Below are positions 27,370 to 37,475 of a stretch of DNA of 64,000 nt, piece after piece (position 1 is the stretch's first letter; the number at the start of each line of letters is the position of its first letter). Below the pieces are notes generated by a model that searched no databases, was not told the DNA's origin, and saw only the letters and a list, made by a program, of their open reading frames with translations. The stretch spans positions 1 to 64,000 of the forward strand of contig CAWAXX010000007.1 of the NCBI GenBank assembly GCA_963786105.1, written 5' to 3'. Source of the DNA: Vulcanimicrobiota bacterium. Lineage in GTDB: Bacteria; Vulcanimicrobiota; Vulcanimicrobiia; Vulcanimicrobiales; Vulcanimicrobiaceae. The position numbers and the translations under genes were made by a program.

Positions 27370-29517
27370 TTCCACGACGGCATGGGCGGTGGCGGCATTG
27401 TCGATCGTTTCTTCGAGAAAGCGGGCGTTATACGCCACGATGTCGCCGACCATGGGGAACTGCGGATGGCGCCGTATGGCGGCCAATCGATATCGCCCGC
27501 CGGCCGCTTCGAGAATGTTCCACTCGACCATATGGAATAGCGCGGCGCGAACTAAGCGCGATGAATTCGTGAGCAACTCGGGATCGACGAAGAGTTCGGT
27601 CGGCAACGCTCGCAGGCGTTCGCCGACGGCAGCGACGGCATCTTCTTGCGCGAACTCCGACGTGCGGCCGTCTAGCCACGCGGCCAGCACCTGACTGGTC
27701 GTAACCGGCCGAATCGCGGCCAGCGCGCGCATCATGAGGGTGCGATCGTCGAGTCGCATCAGGCGAAAGAGGATCGAGAGCCGCTTGGCCACGAACGGAT
27801 CGAAACTCACGCCTGCCAAATACACCGTTGCCAGCGGAGCGAGGCGATCGATCGCACCGCGCATCGGTCCGATCCTGCCGTCGACCGACCGCCCTTCGGG
27901 TGTGAGATACAACGTTGCGCCGCGGCGAACCACACTTTCCATGCGTGCTAAGTCAGCGTCCAGCGTTGCAACCTCGCGCGAGCCTCTTGCGTTTTCGAGC
28001 GGCAGCACGCCTAACGTGAGGAAGAGCGGGCTCGCGTCGACGCGCCGCAGCAAAAATCGCAGCCATGGCAGGCGGAGCGCGAGAAAGCCGGGTTCGTAGA
28101 TGCGACGCGAACCTGCAGTAAAGACCGGGTGGCGCCAAAAGCTGCATTCGATAAAGATGGTGCTTACGATCGCCGTCGATTCGTTCTCGCGTTGATGGTT
28201 GGCGACGATCACCGTGGGGCCGCGCCGGCGCGGAACTTTCCCCCAATGCCGAACGCGATACGCGATGCGAACCCAAAGATAGCTCGTCGCGTTTGTCGCG
28301 ACCCTCACCGGCCATCCCCAGAGCGACGACACCGGCGTGCGCCCGACCCGCAACACCGTGAGCGCTGCCAACGCGAAACTCAGGCCGGCAAGCGCAAAAA
28401 CGGCCTGATACCCCGAACGCGTTCCGTGAAACGCTGCGATGAGCCAACCCCCGACCAGCGGGCCGACGACGTTGGGCAAATGGGTAGCTACACCCCACAG
28501 CCCCAGATCGCGCGCCACGTCGCGCATCGCCGGGATGCTGTCCATCGCGAGCGCCCATCCGCTCGAGAACACGCCGCCGAATCCGATCCCGAATAAAAAC
28601 GCGTACAAGAAGATCCACTGCGGCGCCGGCGCGACGGCGAAACCAATGGCGGCAATCGCCATCGGGACGCCGGCAAGCGCGGTAACGATCTTGCGCGGGG
28701 CGCGGTCCGAAAGAATTCCCAAATATACCGACGATGCGGTCGCGCCGATCATCGTGCAAAAGGCCGCGATCGCGGTCCCCAGCGACGGATTGGGCAGACC
28801 CTGGATGTCGCGAAAATAGTAGAGCACGAACGTTTGAAGCAAAATCAATCCGAAGAAAACCAGCACGCGCGCCACGAAGACGACGTTGAAGTCGTGCCAA
28901 TCGCGAACGTGCGCGCGATCGGGCTCCTCCCACTGCGTTTCGCGAACCCAGAATAGCGATAGCGCGCATACGACGACGACGACGGCGGCAGCGGCGAACG
29001 TGTAGCTCGGGTCGGGAGCCACACCCGCGACGCTCAAGCCCAAGATCGTTCCGATCAGGCTGGCCGCGCCGCGTATCCCCGAAACGGCACCCCACTTCGC
29101 GCGGGGCACCAACTCGGGCAGCAACACTTGGTAGGCGGCCAGCGCGACATTCGAGCCGACGACTGCGAGCACCAAACAAATGGCGAAGGAAACCAGCGTG
29201 TGCGTAAAGGCGAGCGCAATCAACGCAGCGACGTCGATGCCCAACCCCACTGCAACGAATCCGCGACGACCGCCGCCGCCGCGTCGAATGTGATCGGAGA
29301 GCCACCCCGCCAGCGGCGGAACGATCATGGCCGCCAACGCGGCGACGCTGGCCAGCGCCGACAGCACGGCGACGTGTGACGACGGAGCCAGTCCCAACAG
29401 CGCCGCCGGAACGGCGATCGTCATCAAGGCCGCATCTTGAAACGTCAGCGGAATCCAAAGCGCGTTGAGGACGATCCACGAGACGATCTCGCGGAGCCGG
29501 TTGGAGCCGACGGGCAA
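27364..29517 (-). CDS. MFS transporter fused to a PlsC-like acyltransferase domain
   Basis: About 12 TM helices with GWLSDH and GILSDR motifs; C-terminal IVANHQ and LTPEG. Confidence 0.8.
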   Translation of the reverse strand: MPVGSNRLREIVSWIVLNALWIPLTFQDAALMTIAVPAALLGLAPSSHVAVLSALASVAALAAMIVPPLAGWLSDHIRRGGGGRRGFVAVGLGIDVAALIALAFTHTLVSFAICLVLAVVGSNVALAAYQVLLPELVPRAKWGAVSGIRGAASLIGTILGLSVAGVAPDPSYTFAAAAVVVVVCALSLFWVRETQWEEPDRAHVRDWHDFNVVFVARVLVFFGLILLQTFVLYYFRDIQGLPNPSLGTAIAAFCTMIGATASSVYLGILSDRAPRKIVTALAGVPMAIAAIGFAVAPAPQWIFLYAFLFGIGFGGVFSSGWALAMDSIPAMRDVARDLGLWGVATHLPNVVGPLVGGWLIAAFHGTRSGYQAVFALAGLSFALAALTVLRVGRTPVSSLWGWPVRVATNATSYLWVRIAYRVRHWGKVPRRRGPTVIVANHQRENESTAIVSTIFIECSFWRHPVFTAGSRRIYEPGFLALRLPWLRFLLRRVDASPLFLTLGVLPLENARGSREVATLDADLARMESVVRRGATLYLTPEGRSVDGRIGPMRGAIDRLAPLATVYLAGVSFDPFVAKRLSILFRLMRLDDRTLMMRALAAIRPVTTSQVLAAWLDGRTSEFAQEDAVAAVGERLRALPTELFVDPELLTNSSRLVRAALFHMVEWNILEAAGGRYRLAAIRRHPQFPMVGDIVAYNARFLEETIDNAATAHAVVEL

Positions 29518-29519
29518 CG

Positions 29520-30215
29520 CTACCGTTTAACGGCGTCGATCAGCACGACCCCGCGCCCGCCGAAATCGCGCAGCTGCGCCAGCGCGCCGACGGCGGCTCC
29601 GATCGGCGTATCAGGGTTCGTCGCTTCGGAGATTGTGAAGCCGGTCTGCTTTTTCGCCTGGGCATCGATGGAGTCACGCAGCGATTGCGGGAGCAACCTA
29701 AACTTGCCCACGACGCCGAGCATTGGGCCGGCTTTCGCGTCGAGCGTCTGCGGATCGACGGCGAGCACCACGACGTCGTGCCGTTTTCCATTTTCGAACC
29801 GCTCGAAGACGGCGAAATCGACGCCGAGATCGCGCGTGTGCGAACGAACGGCGTCGACACCGTTACCGTGAACGACCGAAGCGTACCCTTGCGGAGGATG
29901 CGCGTTGAGGTCTTCCAACCAAGCCTCGAGTGCCGGCATGAGCGCTTGCGTGCCCGCTACGACGTCGTGGCCATCGTAGGTTCCGGCGCCTTGAGTAAGG
30001 AGCGCGCTGTCTCCGACGCCGGGGCGCGACGAAATGGTTTGCTGCCACGCGCGCGCCGAAAGCACCGACGCGCCGTCGAACATCGGAAAATCGACCGGAT
30101 CGGTGGCACTTGGCGACGGTCCGCCGCTCGAACCTCCGCCGCGGTTGCCGCCGGAACACGCGCCGGCGGCCAACACGACTGCCGCCGCAATCCAACCCAT
30201 AGCCCAGAGCTTCAT
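29520..30215 (-). CDS. Hypothetical lipoprotein
   Basis: Lipobox AGAC followed by a Gly/Ser linker. Confidence 0.7.
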   Translation of the reverse strand: MKLWAMGWIAAAVVLAAGACSGGNRGGGSSGGPSPSATDPVDFPMFDGASVLSARAWQQTISSRPGVGDSALLTQGAGTYDGHDVVAGTQALMPALEAWLEDLNAHPPQGYASVVHGNGVDAVRSHTRDLGVDFAVFERFENGKRHDVVVLAVDPQTLDAKAGPMLGVVGKFRLLPQSLRDSIDAQAKKQTGFTISEATNPDTPIGAAVGALAQLRDFGGRGVVLIDAVKR

Positions 30216-30266
30216 TACCGCGCGCTTTCGAGGAGATGCACCGGCGCCCCCGTAAGGCTCGGTGGC

Positions 30267-30668
30267 ATGACTTCTCGCACCCTTGCCACGACACTCGCGC
30301 TGACCGCAACGGCGCTCGTGCTCCTGCCGCCGGCGGCTCGCGCCCTTCAACCCCACACGCCGGTTTTCACCGACGCGTCGCAGGCCGTCACGGTACAAGC
30401 GGGCGACGACTTCTTCATCGCGCTGGCATCCAACCCGACGACCGGTTACACGTGGACGCAGTCAATCGTCGACGGCAAGGTGTTGGCTTACGAGGGCAAC
30501 GTCTATCAGGCTCCGTCGAGCGGGCTCATAGGGGCGGGCGGCCAGCAGATCTTCATTTACCACGCCAATCGCAGCGGTTCGACGACGATCTCGTTCGCCT
30601 ACGCACGTCCGTTCCAACCCAACGCACCGCCGGCGAAATCGCTGACGTTCGGCGTCACCGTTCAGTAG
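30267..30668 (+). CDS. Protease inhibitor I42 (chagasin) family
   Basis: SNPTTGYTW, GAGG and YARPF motifs; signal peptide. Confidence 0.88.
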   Translation: MTSRTLATTLALTATALVLLPPAARALQPHTPVFTDASQAVTVQAGDDFFIALASNPTTGYTWTQSIVDGKVLAYEGNVYQAPSSGLIGAGGQQIFIYHANRSGSTTISFAYARPFQPNAPPAKSLTFGVTVQ

Positions 30669-30678
30669 GGATACGGCC

Positions 30679-31458
30679 CTGAGCGAGCGCCTCTCGTACG
30701 GATCGTACCTCAACGTCGACGGGTTGCTGGCGTTGCAGCGACCGCTTTCTCAGCCGCAGCATCACGACGAGATGCTGTTCATCATCATTCACCAAGTGTA
30801 CGAGCTTTGGTTCAAACAGCTTTTGCACGAGCTCGACGCGGCCGTGCGGGCGATGGATCGCGACGACCTCCTTCGGGTGGCCAAGTACTTTCGGCGCATT
30901 CATACGATTCAACGACTGTTGGAGCAGCAGATCGACGTGCTGGAAACGATGTCGCCGCAAGAGTTCAATCAGTTTCGCGACAATCTCAATCCGGCGAGTG
31001 GCTTTCAATCGGTGCAGTTTCGCGAGATGGAGTTCGCCTGCGGCTTGCGGCGCCCCGACGTCATGAAACACCTCGAGCTCGACGCGGCAGCGCGGGCGCG
31101 CCTGGAGCGCCGCCTGAGCGAACCCTCGCTTTACGATCACGTTAGAGACCTGTTGCGGCGACGCGGGTTCGCGGCTGATTCTTCGGAAGACGTGCTCGAA
31201 ACCTTTCGCCGCATCTACACCGATGAAAGCAAGTACTACGACCTGCACCTCCTGCTCGAGGACTTGATCGAGTTCGACGAGCGGCTTCTGCTTTGGCGCG
31301 GACGCCACATCCGCATGGTGGAGCGCATGATCGGGCACAAGATGGGCACGGGAGGGTCGGCGGGCGTGGACTATCTCGCGCGAACGCTGGACAACCGGAT
31401 CTTTCCGGAGTTGTGGAACGTTCGCACGTTCCTTGGGAAGAGCACGAGCTATGCTTGA
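30679..31458 (+). CDS. kynA: Tryptophan 2,3-dioxygenase
   Basis: YGSYL, HDEMLFIIIHQVYELWFK, ASGFQS.QFR and RMIG.K.GTGGSAG..YL motifs. Confidence 0.93.
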   Translation: MSERLSYGSYLNVDGLLALQRPLSQPQHHDEMLFIIIHQVYELWFKQLLHELDAAVRAMDRDDLLRVAKYFRRIHTIQRLLEQQIDVLETMSPQEFNQFRDNLNPASGFQSVQFREMEFACGLRRPDVMKHLELDAAARARLERRLSEPSLYDHVRDLLRRRGFAADSSEDVLETFRRIYTDESKYYDLHLLLEDLIEFDERLLLWRGRHIRMVERMIGHKMGTGGSAGVDYLARTLDNRIFPELWNVRTFLGKSTSYA

Positions 31459-32611
31459 AGACGTTCGTACGGTCACCGAGACCCATGCTCTGCAGCGCGA
31501 CGAGTTTCCGATTCTGGCGAACTCGACGTACCTGGTGAGCCATTCGATGGGCGCGGCGCCGCTGGCCGCAAAATCCGCTCTGGCGCGCTACTGGGAGCAG
31601 TGGGCGGCCGAAGGACCCGAAGCGTGGGAAACTTGGCTGCCGCAAATCGGCGAGATCGCCGACGGCATCGGCCAAATCGTCGGCGCCCCGTCGGGCAGCG
31701 TCTTTCTGGGCCCGAACGTTTCGGTTTTGCAGGCCGCGCTCGCGACGTGCATCGACTTTAAGGGCGAGCGCAACGAGGTCGTGCACGAGTCACTGCAGTT
31801 TCCCTCGCTCACCTACGTGTGGCGCGAATGGGAGCGCTACGGTGCCGCCGTGCGCGTCGTCTCCTCCGACGACGGCCGCGCGATCCCGACCGAGCGCATC
31901 GTCGAATCGATCACCGAAAAGACGGCCATCGCCGTGTTGTCCCACGCGTACTACGTGTCGGGTGCCGTCGCCGACGTTCGCACGATTCAGGCGCACTGTC
32001 GACAAGTCGGCGCGCTCTTGTGCGTCGACGCGTATCAGACCACCGGAGTCTATCCGTACGACGTCACCGAGTGGGACCTCGACCTCGTGACCGGCGGATC
32101 GCACAAGTGGCTCTGCGGGGGACCCGGCTGCGGTTGGATGTACGTCAAGCCGTCGCTGCTGCAACGGTTTCGCCCGGCGGTGACCGGTTGGATGGCGCAC
32201 GCAAGGCCGTTTTCGTTCGAGGCCGCTCCCATCGAGCTGGCGGCGTCGATGTACCGTTGGGGCAACGGCACGCCGACGATCCCAGGATACGCCGTTGCCA
32301 AACCGGGACACGATCTGATTCGTGCGGTCGGCGTTGCGCGCATCCGCGAACACAACGTGCGTCTGACGTCGAGAATCGCCGCGATGGCGCTCGAGCGCGG
32401 TTTACGCGTCAACACGCCGCTGGAGCCCCAACGGCGAACCGGTTGGATCGGCATCGATTTCGACGGCGCCGACCGCATCTGGCGCGAGCTCATCGCGCGG
32501 CGCGTTTTTCTCGACTATCGCCCAGGTTGCGGAATTCGCGTTAGTCCGCACTTTTATACGACCGACGACGAGATCGACGCGTTCTTCACGGCGCTAGACC
32601 GCTTGCGCTGA
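31451..32611 (+). CDS. kynU: Kynureninase-like class V PLP enzyme
   Basis: SHSMG, DAYQ, SHKWLCGGPG and IRVSPHFY; overlaps kynA. Confidence 0.8.
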   Translation: MLEDVRTVTETHALQRDEFPILANSTYLVSHSMGAAPLAAKSALARYWEQWAAEGPEAWETWLPQIGEIADGIGQIVGAPSGSVFLGPNVSVLQAALATCIDFKGERNEVVHESLQFPSLTYVWREWERYGAAVRVVSSDDGRAIPTERIVESITEKTAIAVLSHAYYVSGAVADVRTIQAHCRQVGALLCVDAYQTTGVYPYDVTEWDLDLVTGGSHKWLCGGPGCGWMYVKPSLLQRFRPAVTGWMAHARPFSFEAAPIELAASMYRWGNGTPTIPGYAVAKPGHDLIRAVGVARIREHNVRLTSRIAAMALERGLRVNTPLEPQRRTGWIGIDFDGADRIWRELIARRVFLDYRPGCGIRVSPHFYTTDDEIDAFFTALDRLR

Positions 32612-32644
32612 AACCGCGCTCTCGGCGGCCGGGTCAAGACGTAA

Positions 32645-33982
32645 GTGATCGTCGATCATCGCAACGTAGGCGCCGCTTTCCGGCGCCTTTCGCTTCCGGT
32701 TGCCGCGCAGTTGCTCGGCGATCAGATCCTTGGCGTGGTCGACACCATTGCAATCGGCAGTCTCGGCGCGGTAGCACTCGCCGGTGCCACCGCCGCGAGC
32801 GCCATCCTCACCGCGGTGCTCTTTGCGATCTTCGGACTGCTGACCGGAACGTCGATTATCGCCGCCCAACGCATCGGCGCTCACGATGTCGACGGCTTTG
32901 CGAGCACCGTGCGCGCGGGCGCCATCGTGCCGTTCGCCGTGGGGGTCGCCGCATTCGCGATCGGGATCTATGCGAGCGGCCCCGCCGTCCACGCGCTGGT
33001 CGGCAACCTCTCTAGCGCCGACGCGAGCTCTCGGTACCTCACCCTACGTTTAGCCTCCGCATTGCCGATCGTGATTTCGGGCACGCTGATTGTCGGGCTA
33101 GGTGCCGCTGGAAATCGGATCGTTGGAGTGCTCGTACTAGTGGCGATCAATTTGGTGCACATTCCGCTGCTGCTGATGCTGGGGCTGGGCTGGTGGACGC
33201 ACCACCCGCTCGGCATCGCCGGCGCCGGTCTCTCTTCGCTGCTTTCCGAAACGTTCGGGGCGATATGCGCCGTCGCGTACGTGAGCTTCAAACCCGCCTA
33301 CCGCATCTTCTCCAGTTGGAAGATTTCGTGGTCGACGGCGCGCGAATGTACGCTGCTGGGTTTACCGGAGGCCGTCTTTCTCACGGGCGTCATGCTCCCC
33401 GACATCGTTATCGTGGGAATGCTCGCGCCGCTCGGAGCGATGGTCGTCGCGGCTTTCCGTGCGCTCAACGTCGTGTCAGACTTGACCTTCGTAGTCCCCA
33501 GCCCGTTGCAAAGCGCGGCACAAACCATTATCGGGCAACGCCTCGGAGCCCGCGACATCGAAGGCGCCCGCTGGTTCTTGGGTCGCGCGCAACGTATCGC
33601 GACCTTCATCGGGCTGGGGGCGGGCGCCCTCGCGGCCGCCTTGGCGTGGCCGCTCGCCTACGTCTTCACGTTGAACTCCACGGTTGCCGGCATGGCCGCG
33701 ATGCCGCTCGCACTGCACATGGTAACGTTACCCATCAAAGGCTGGGCGATGGTCTCGCTCGCACCGATTCGTGCCTCGGGCGACACGCGTTTTTCGATGA
33801 TCGTGGGTCTAATCTGTAGCGCGCTAGTGATTCCGTTCGCGTGGCTCGGTATCGAAAAACTGCACATCGGGCTCTACAGCGTCCCACTCGGGTGGGTTGC
33901 CGCCTGGAGTGCGCGCGCATTGCTTACGCAATGGAAGCTGCGCGATGGCGCGTGGACGCGACGCGCAATTCTCGCCGCCTAG
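32645..33982 (+). CDS. MATE family efflux transporter
   Basis: VDT....LG..ALA, AQRIGA/GQRLGA and RASGDT motifs. Confidence 0.88.
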   Translation: MIVDHRNVGAAFRRLSLPVAAQLLGDQILGVVDTIAIGSLGAVALAGATAASAILTAVLFAIFGLLTGTSIIAAQRIGAHDVDGFASTVRAGAIVPFAVGVAAFAIGIYASGPAVHALVGNLSSADASSRYLTLRLASALPIVISGTLIVGLGAAGNRIVGVLVLVAINLVHIPLLLMLGLGWWTHHPLGIAGAGLSSLLSETFGAICAVAYVSFKPAYRIFSSWKISWSTARECTLLGLPEAVFLTGVMLPDIVIVGMLAPLGAMVVAAFRALNVVSDLTFVVPSPLQSAAQTIIGQRLGARDIEGARWFLGRAQRIATFIGLGAGALAAALAWPLAYVFTLNSTVAGMAAMPLALHMVTLPIKGWAMVSLAPIRASGDTRFSMIVGLICSALVIPFAWLGIEKLHIGLYSVPLGWVAAWSARALLTQWKLRDGAWTRRAILAA

Positions 33983-33992
33983 CGCATTGCCA

Positions 33993-34032
33993 TCCTTCGA
34001 CGGCGGCGCTGCGCGCCTCCGCTCAGGATGAC
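33993..34032. repeat. REP-like palindromic element, copy 2
   Basis: TCCTTCGACGGCGGCGCTGCGCGCCTCCGCTCAGGATGAC. Confidence 0.85.
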
Positions 34033-34799
34033 ACGGCGAGTACGCCGACGAGTTCGTCGTGGATGCGCGCGTTGGTTGCGAGTATCGAGCGGGCATCGAG
34101 CGCGGCCGGCGATCCGTCGATGCGCGCGACCTTGCCGCCGGCTTCGCGCACGAGTAGCGTTCCCGCCGCCACGTCCCACGGGTTCAAATCGAACTCCCAA
34201 AAACCGTCGAATCGGCCGCACGCGAGGTAGGCGAGATCGAGCGCTGCCGAGCCGTCGCGGCGAACCGCCTGCGCGCGGTTCGAGACGGCGCGAAAGCAGA
34301 TCGCGTTCCTTTCGAAGTCGGCTGGGTGGAAGCCGGTACAGGTCATCGCGTCGGCGAGGCGGTCGATCGTCGATACGTTGATCGCGCGATCGTTGAGATA
34401 CGCACCGGCCCCACGTTGCACCGTAAAACGCTCAGCCATGGCGGGCGCGTAGATGACGCCGGCAATGAGTTCGCCTGCCCGCTCGTACGCAATCGAGACG
34501 CAAAAGAGCGGATACCCATGCGCGAAGTTGGTCGTACCGTCGAGCGGATCGACGAGCCACCGATCGTTGCCGGTGCCCGCATGGGTGCCGCTCTCTTCGG
34601 CCAAAATCGTCGCATGAGGGAAGTCGCGCCTCAAGCGCTCGACGACGATGGCTTCGCTCGCGCGATCGGCGTCGGTTACGAGATCGGCACGCCGCGCCTT
34701 TTCGCTGATCTCGCGCGGGCGGCCGAGAAAGTGCAGCAGCGCCGCGCCTGCCTCGTTCGCGACGGCTAATGCGGTTTCGAGCGGGTCGGGATGTCGCAT
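34023..34799 (-). CDS. suhB: Inositol monophosphatase family
   Basis: DLVTDAD, EE, DPLDGTTNF, GSAALDL and WDVAAG motifs. Confidence 0.92.
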   Translation of the reverse strand: MRHPDPLETALAVANEAGAALLHFLGRPREISEKARRADLVTDADRASEAIVVERLRRDFPHATILAEESGTHAGTGNDRWLVDPLDGTTNFAHGYPLFCVSIAYERAGELIAGVIYAPAMAERFTVQRGAGAYLNDRAINVSTIDRLADAMTCTGFHPADFERNAICFRAVSNRAQAVRRDGSAALDLAYLACGRFDGFWEFDLNPWDVAAGTLLVREAGGKVARIDGSPAALDARSILATNARIHDELVGVLAVSS

Positions 34800-34877
34800 G
34801 ATCTCGCCCGGCTTTGGACACGCGGGTCCGCGGCCCCTTAGGGGGTTTTCAGCCTCGGTGCGAATGAGGTGCGAGTT

Positions 34878-36179
34878 ATGGCGTTCACGGAGGGGTTCAT
34901 CTCGGAACTGGTAGGCCGGAAGGCGACCGTCAATGATCTTTCGATCGGGAAAGTCGCCGACTTCCTGGTGACCAAACCCGAAGACGCTTTCCCGCAAATC
35001 GACGGCCTAGTGGTAAAAACCGCGCGCGGCTTGCGCTTCGCCCCAATCGGCACGGTCGCCGACGTCGATCGCCAGGGGAACATCGCCCTTACGGCGGCGC
35101 CCAAGGAACCCGCGCCGAGCGACGACCAGGCGCTCTACCTCATCGCCGACCTCTTGGACAAACAGATCGTCGACGTCGACGGGCGCAAAGTCGTGCGGAT
35201 CAACGACATCGAGGTCGCCAACGCCGGGGGACAGATACGCGTCGTCGCAGCCGACGTGGGGGTAGCCGGATTGCTGCGCCGCCTCGGATTGAAGTCGTTT
35301 GGCCGGCGGTTTACGCCGGGCATTTACCGCGCTGTGCCTCGTGCGATGATTGCGTGGAGTTCCGTTTCTCCAATTCGCGAAGCCAATCCGTCGCAAGTAC
35401 GGCTCTCAGTCAAACAAAACAAATTGGCCCGGCTGCACCCGTCGGAGCTGGCCGAGATCATCGGCGATCTCTCCGCGCGCGAGGCCGCCGCCGTCGTCGG
35501 GCAGCTCGACGACGAAACCGCCGCCGACGCCTTCGAACACCTCGACGCGGAAAAACAGCGCACGCTGATCGACGATATCGGCACCGAGCGCGCCGCCGAC
35601 ATCATCGAAGAGATGGATGCGGACGACGCGGCCGACCTGCTGGCGGAGCTTCCCGAGGAACAGCAGTCCCAGCTGCTCGCCGAAATGAACGCGTACACGG
35701 CGGGCGAGCTGCGCGAACTGGTCAAATACGACGAAGACACGGCCGGCGGCTTGATGACCACCGACTACGTATGGATTTACCCGCATCGCACGACCGAAGC
35801 GACGATTCGCAAAATTCGCGAGATCGCGCCGGCGTCCGAGTTCATCTACTACTTGTACGTTCTCGACAAAGAGGACCACTTGCTCGGCACGTTGTCGCTA
35901 CGAACCCTTTTGCTCGCGTTGCCGACGGCGTTCATCGATCGGATTATGGAAACCGACATGGTCACGGTGGCACCGGACGCACCGGCCGTCGACGTTGCGG
36001 CCACGATCGCGCGCTACGACCTGCTTGCGGTGCCGGTCGTCGACGACCGCGGCACGATGTTGGGCATCGTCACCGTCGACGACGCGATCGATGCGATCAT
36101 GCCCGACGACGTCGCCAAGAAACTGCCGCGCTTTATGGCCCGGCGTCATTCTCCCGCCGCACTCACGGCCGAGGCATAA
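34878..36179 (+). CDS. MgtE-type soluble protein (PRC barrel, MgtE_N, CBS pair) without membrane domain
   Basis: DLLDKQIVDVDG, LHPSELA, TAGGLMTT and GIVTVDD; no TM region. Confidence 0.88.
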   Translation: MAFTEGFISELVGRKATVNDLSIGKVADFLVTKPEDAFPQIDGLVVKTARGLRFAPIGTVADVDRQGNIALTAAPKEPAPSDDQALYLIADLLDKQIVDVDGRKVVRINDIEVANAGGQIRVVAADVGVAGLLRRLGLKSFGRRFTPGIYRAVPRAMIAWSSVSPIREANPSQVRLSVKQNKLARLHPSELAEIIGDLSAREAAAVVGQLDDETAADAFEHLDAEKQRTLIDDIGTERAADIIEEMDADDAADLLAELPEEQQSQLLAEMNAYTAGELRELVKYDEDTAGGLMTTDYVWIYPHRTTEATIRKIREIAPASEFIYYLYVLDKEDHLLGTLSLRTLLLALPTAFIDRIMETDMVTVAPDAPAVDVAATIARYDLLAVPVVDDRGTMLGIVTVDDAIDAIMPDDVAKKLPRFMARRHSPAALTAEA

Positions 36180-36182
36180 GGC

Positions 36183-37466
36183 GTGGCCGAAGCTCGTCCA
36201 CGCCGGCGCTCTCCGTGGCGCTCGCTGCTGCTGATTGCCGGCGTTCTCGGACCCGGCTTCATCACCGCGTCGGCCGGTAACGACGTCGGCGGCATCGCAC
36301 AATACTCGCAAGCCGGCGCGCAGTTCGGCTATAGCCTGCTGTGGCTATTGATTCCCCTGGCGATCGCGCTGGTGATCGTTCAGGAAATGGCGACGAGGAT
36401 GGGTTGCGTCACCGGCAAGGGTCTGGCCGCACTCTTGCGCGAGACGTTCGGCGTCAGGATTTCGTTCCTCGCGATGCTGTTGCTCTTTCTCATCAATACG
36501 CTATTAACCGCCACCGAGTTTGCGGGCGTTGCGGCCGCGGCCGAAATCTTTCACGTCTCGCGCTATCTCGCCGTGCCGGCTGCCCTGGTCGTCGTGTTTT
36601 TCTTCGTGTTGAAATTCGACAACAAGGTCGTCGAGCGCACGTTCGTCATACTATCGCTAATCTACATCAGCTACATTGCGTCGGCACTCCTGTCCCATCC
36701 GAACTGGGGGGAAGTGGCGCGGGGCACGTTCGTTCCGACGTTTCATTTGCAGACGGTCGGTTGGATGGCGGCGGTCGTGGGGTTGATCGGAACCACGATC
36801 TCACCGTACATGCAGTTCTTTTTGCAGTCGGCCGTCGTCGAGAAAGGTTCGCGTACCGAGAGCCTACCGTTCGCACGAATCGACGTGATCAACGGATCCA
36901 TCCTCGCCATCGCGCTCGCCGGTTTCATGATCATCGCCAACGCTTCCACGATCTACTTGGCGAATAAGCACGGCGCGCACATCGTCGCGACGCAGGCTTC
37001 GGACTTTGCGGTCGCGCTGCGCCCGCTGGCGGGCGAGTTCGCGGCTACGATTTTCGCACTCGGGATTCTCAATGCCGGCATCTTTACCGCCACGGTGCTC
37101 CCGCTCTCCACGTCGTACATCGTGTGCGAAGCCTTCGGCTTCGAGGCCGCCATCGATCGCAAGTTCGAAGAAGCACCGGTCTTCTTCTCCCTCTTTGCCG
37201 TCGGCTTATTGGTCGGAGCCGCCGTCGTCTTGATCCCGCACATCCCACTACTGAAAATGGTGCTCTTCGCGCAAGTCCTGCAAGGGGTTCTGCTGCCGGC
37301 GGAGCTGGTGCTGATGTTGATCGTCATCAACCGCAAGCAGATCATGGGCGACTACACGAATAAGCCGTGGGTGAATGCCATCGCGTGGGCGACGGTCGTG
37401 GTCGTCGGCGCGCTCTCGGTGCTTTACGTTGCCGGCCAGTTCTTTCCGGCATTGCTCGGCGGGTAG
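36183..37466 (+). CDS. NRAMP-related divalent cation (likely Mg2+) transporter
   Basis: GPG.....GNDVGG, QEM..R.G.VTGKG and GTTISPY; lacks DPGN/MPH. Confidence 0.88.
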   Translation: MAEARPRRRSPWRSLLLIAGVLGPGFITASAGNDVGGIAQYSQAGAQFGYSLLWLLIPLAIALVIVQEMATRMGCVTGKGLAALLRETFGVRISFLAMLLLFLINTLLTATEFAGVAAAAEIFHVSRYLAVPAALVVVFFFVLKFDNKVVERTFVILSLIYISYIASALLSHPNWGEVARGTFVPTFHLQTVGWMAAVVGLIGTTISPYMQFFLQSAVVEKGSRTESLPFARIDVINGSILAIALAGFMIIANASTIYLANKHGAHIVATQASDFAVALRPLAGEFAATIFALGILNAGIFTATVLPLSTSYIVCEAFGFEAAIDRKFEEAPVFFSLFAVGLLVGAAVVLIPHIPLLKMVLFAQVLQGVLLPAELVLMLIVINRKQIMGDYTNKPWVNAIAWATVVVVGALSVLYVAGQFFPALLGG

Positions 37467-37475
37467 GGGAGCCAA

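Noticed and set aside
27953..29479. Long Arg-rich alternative-frame and antisense ORFs (also 18634-20028, 21531-22742 and others)
   Set aside because: Shadow ORFs expected in high-GC coding DNA, overlapping well-supported genes.
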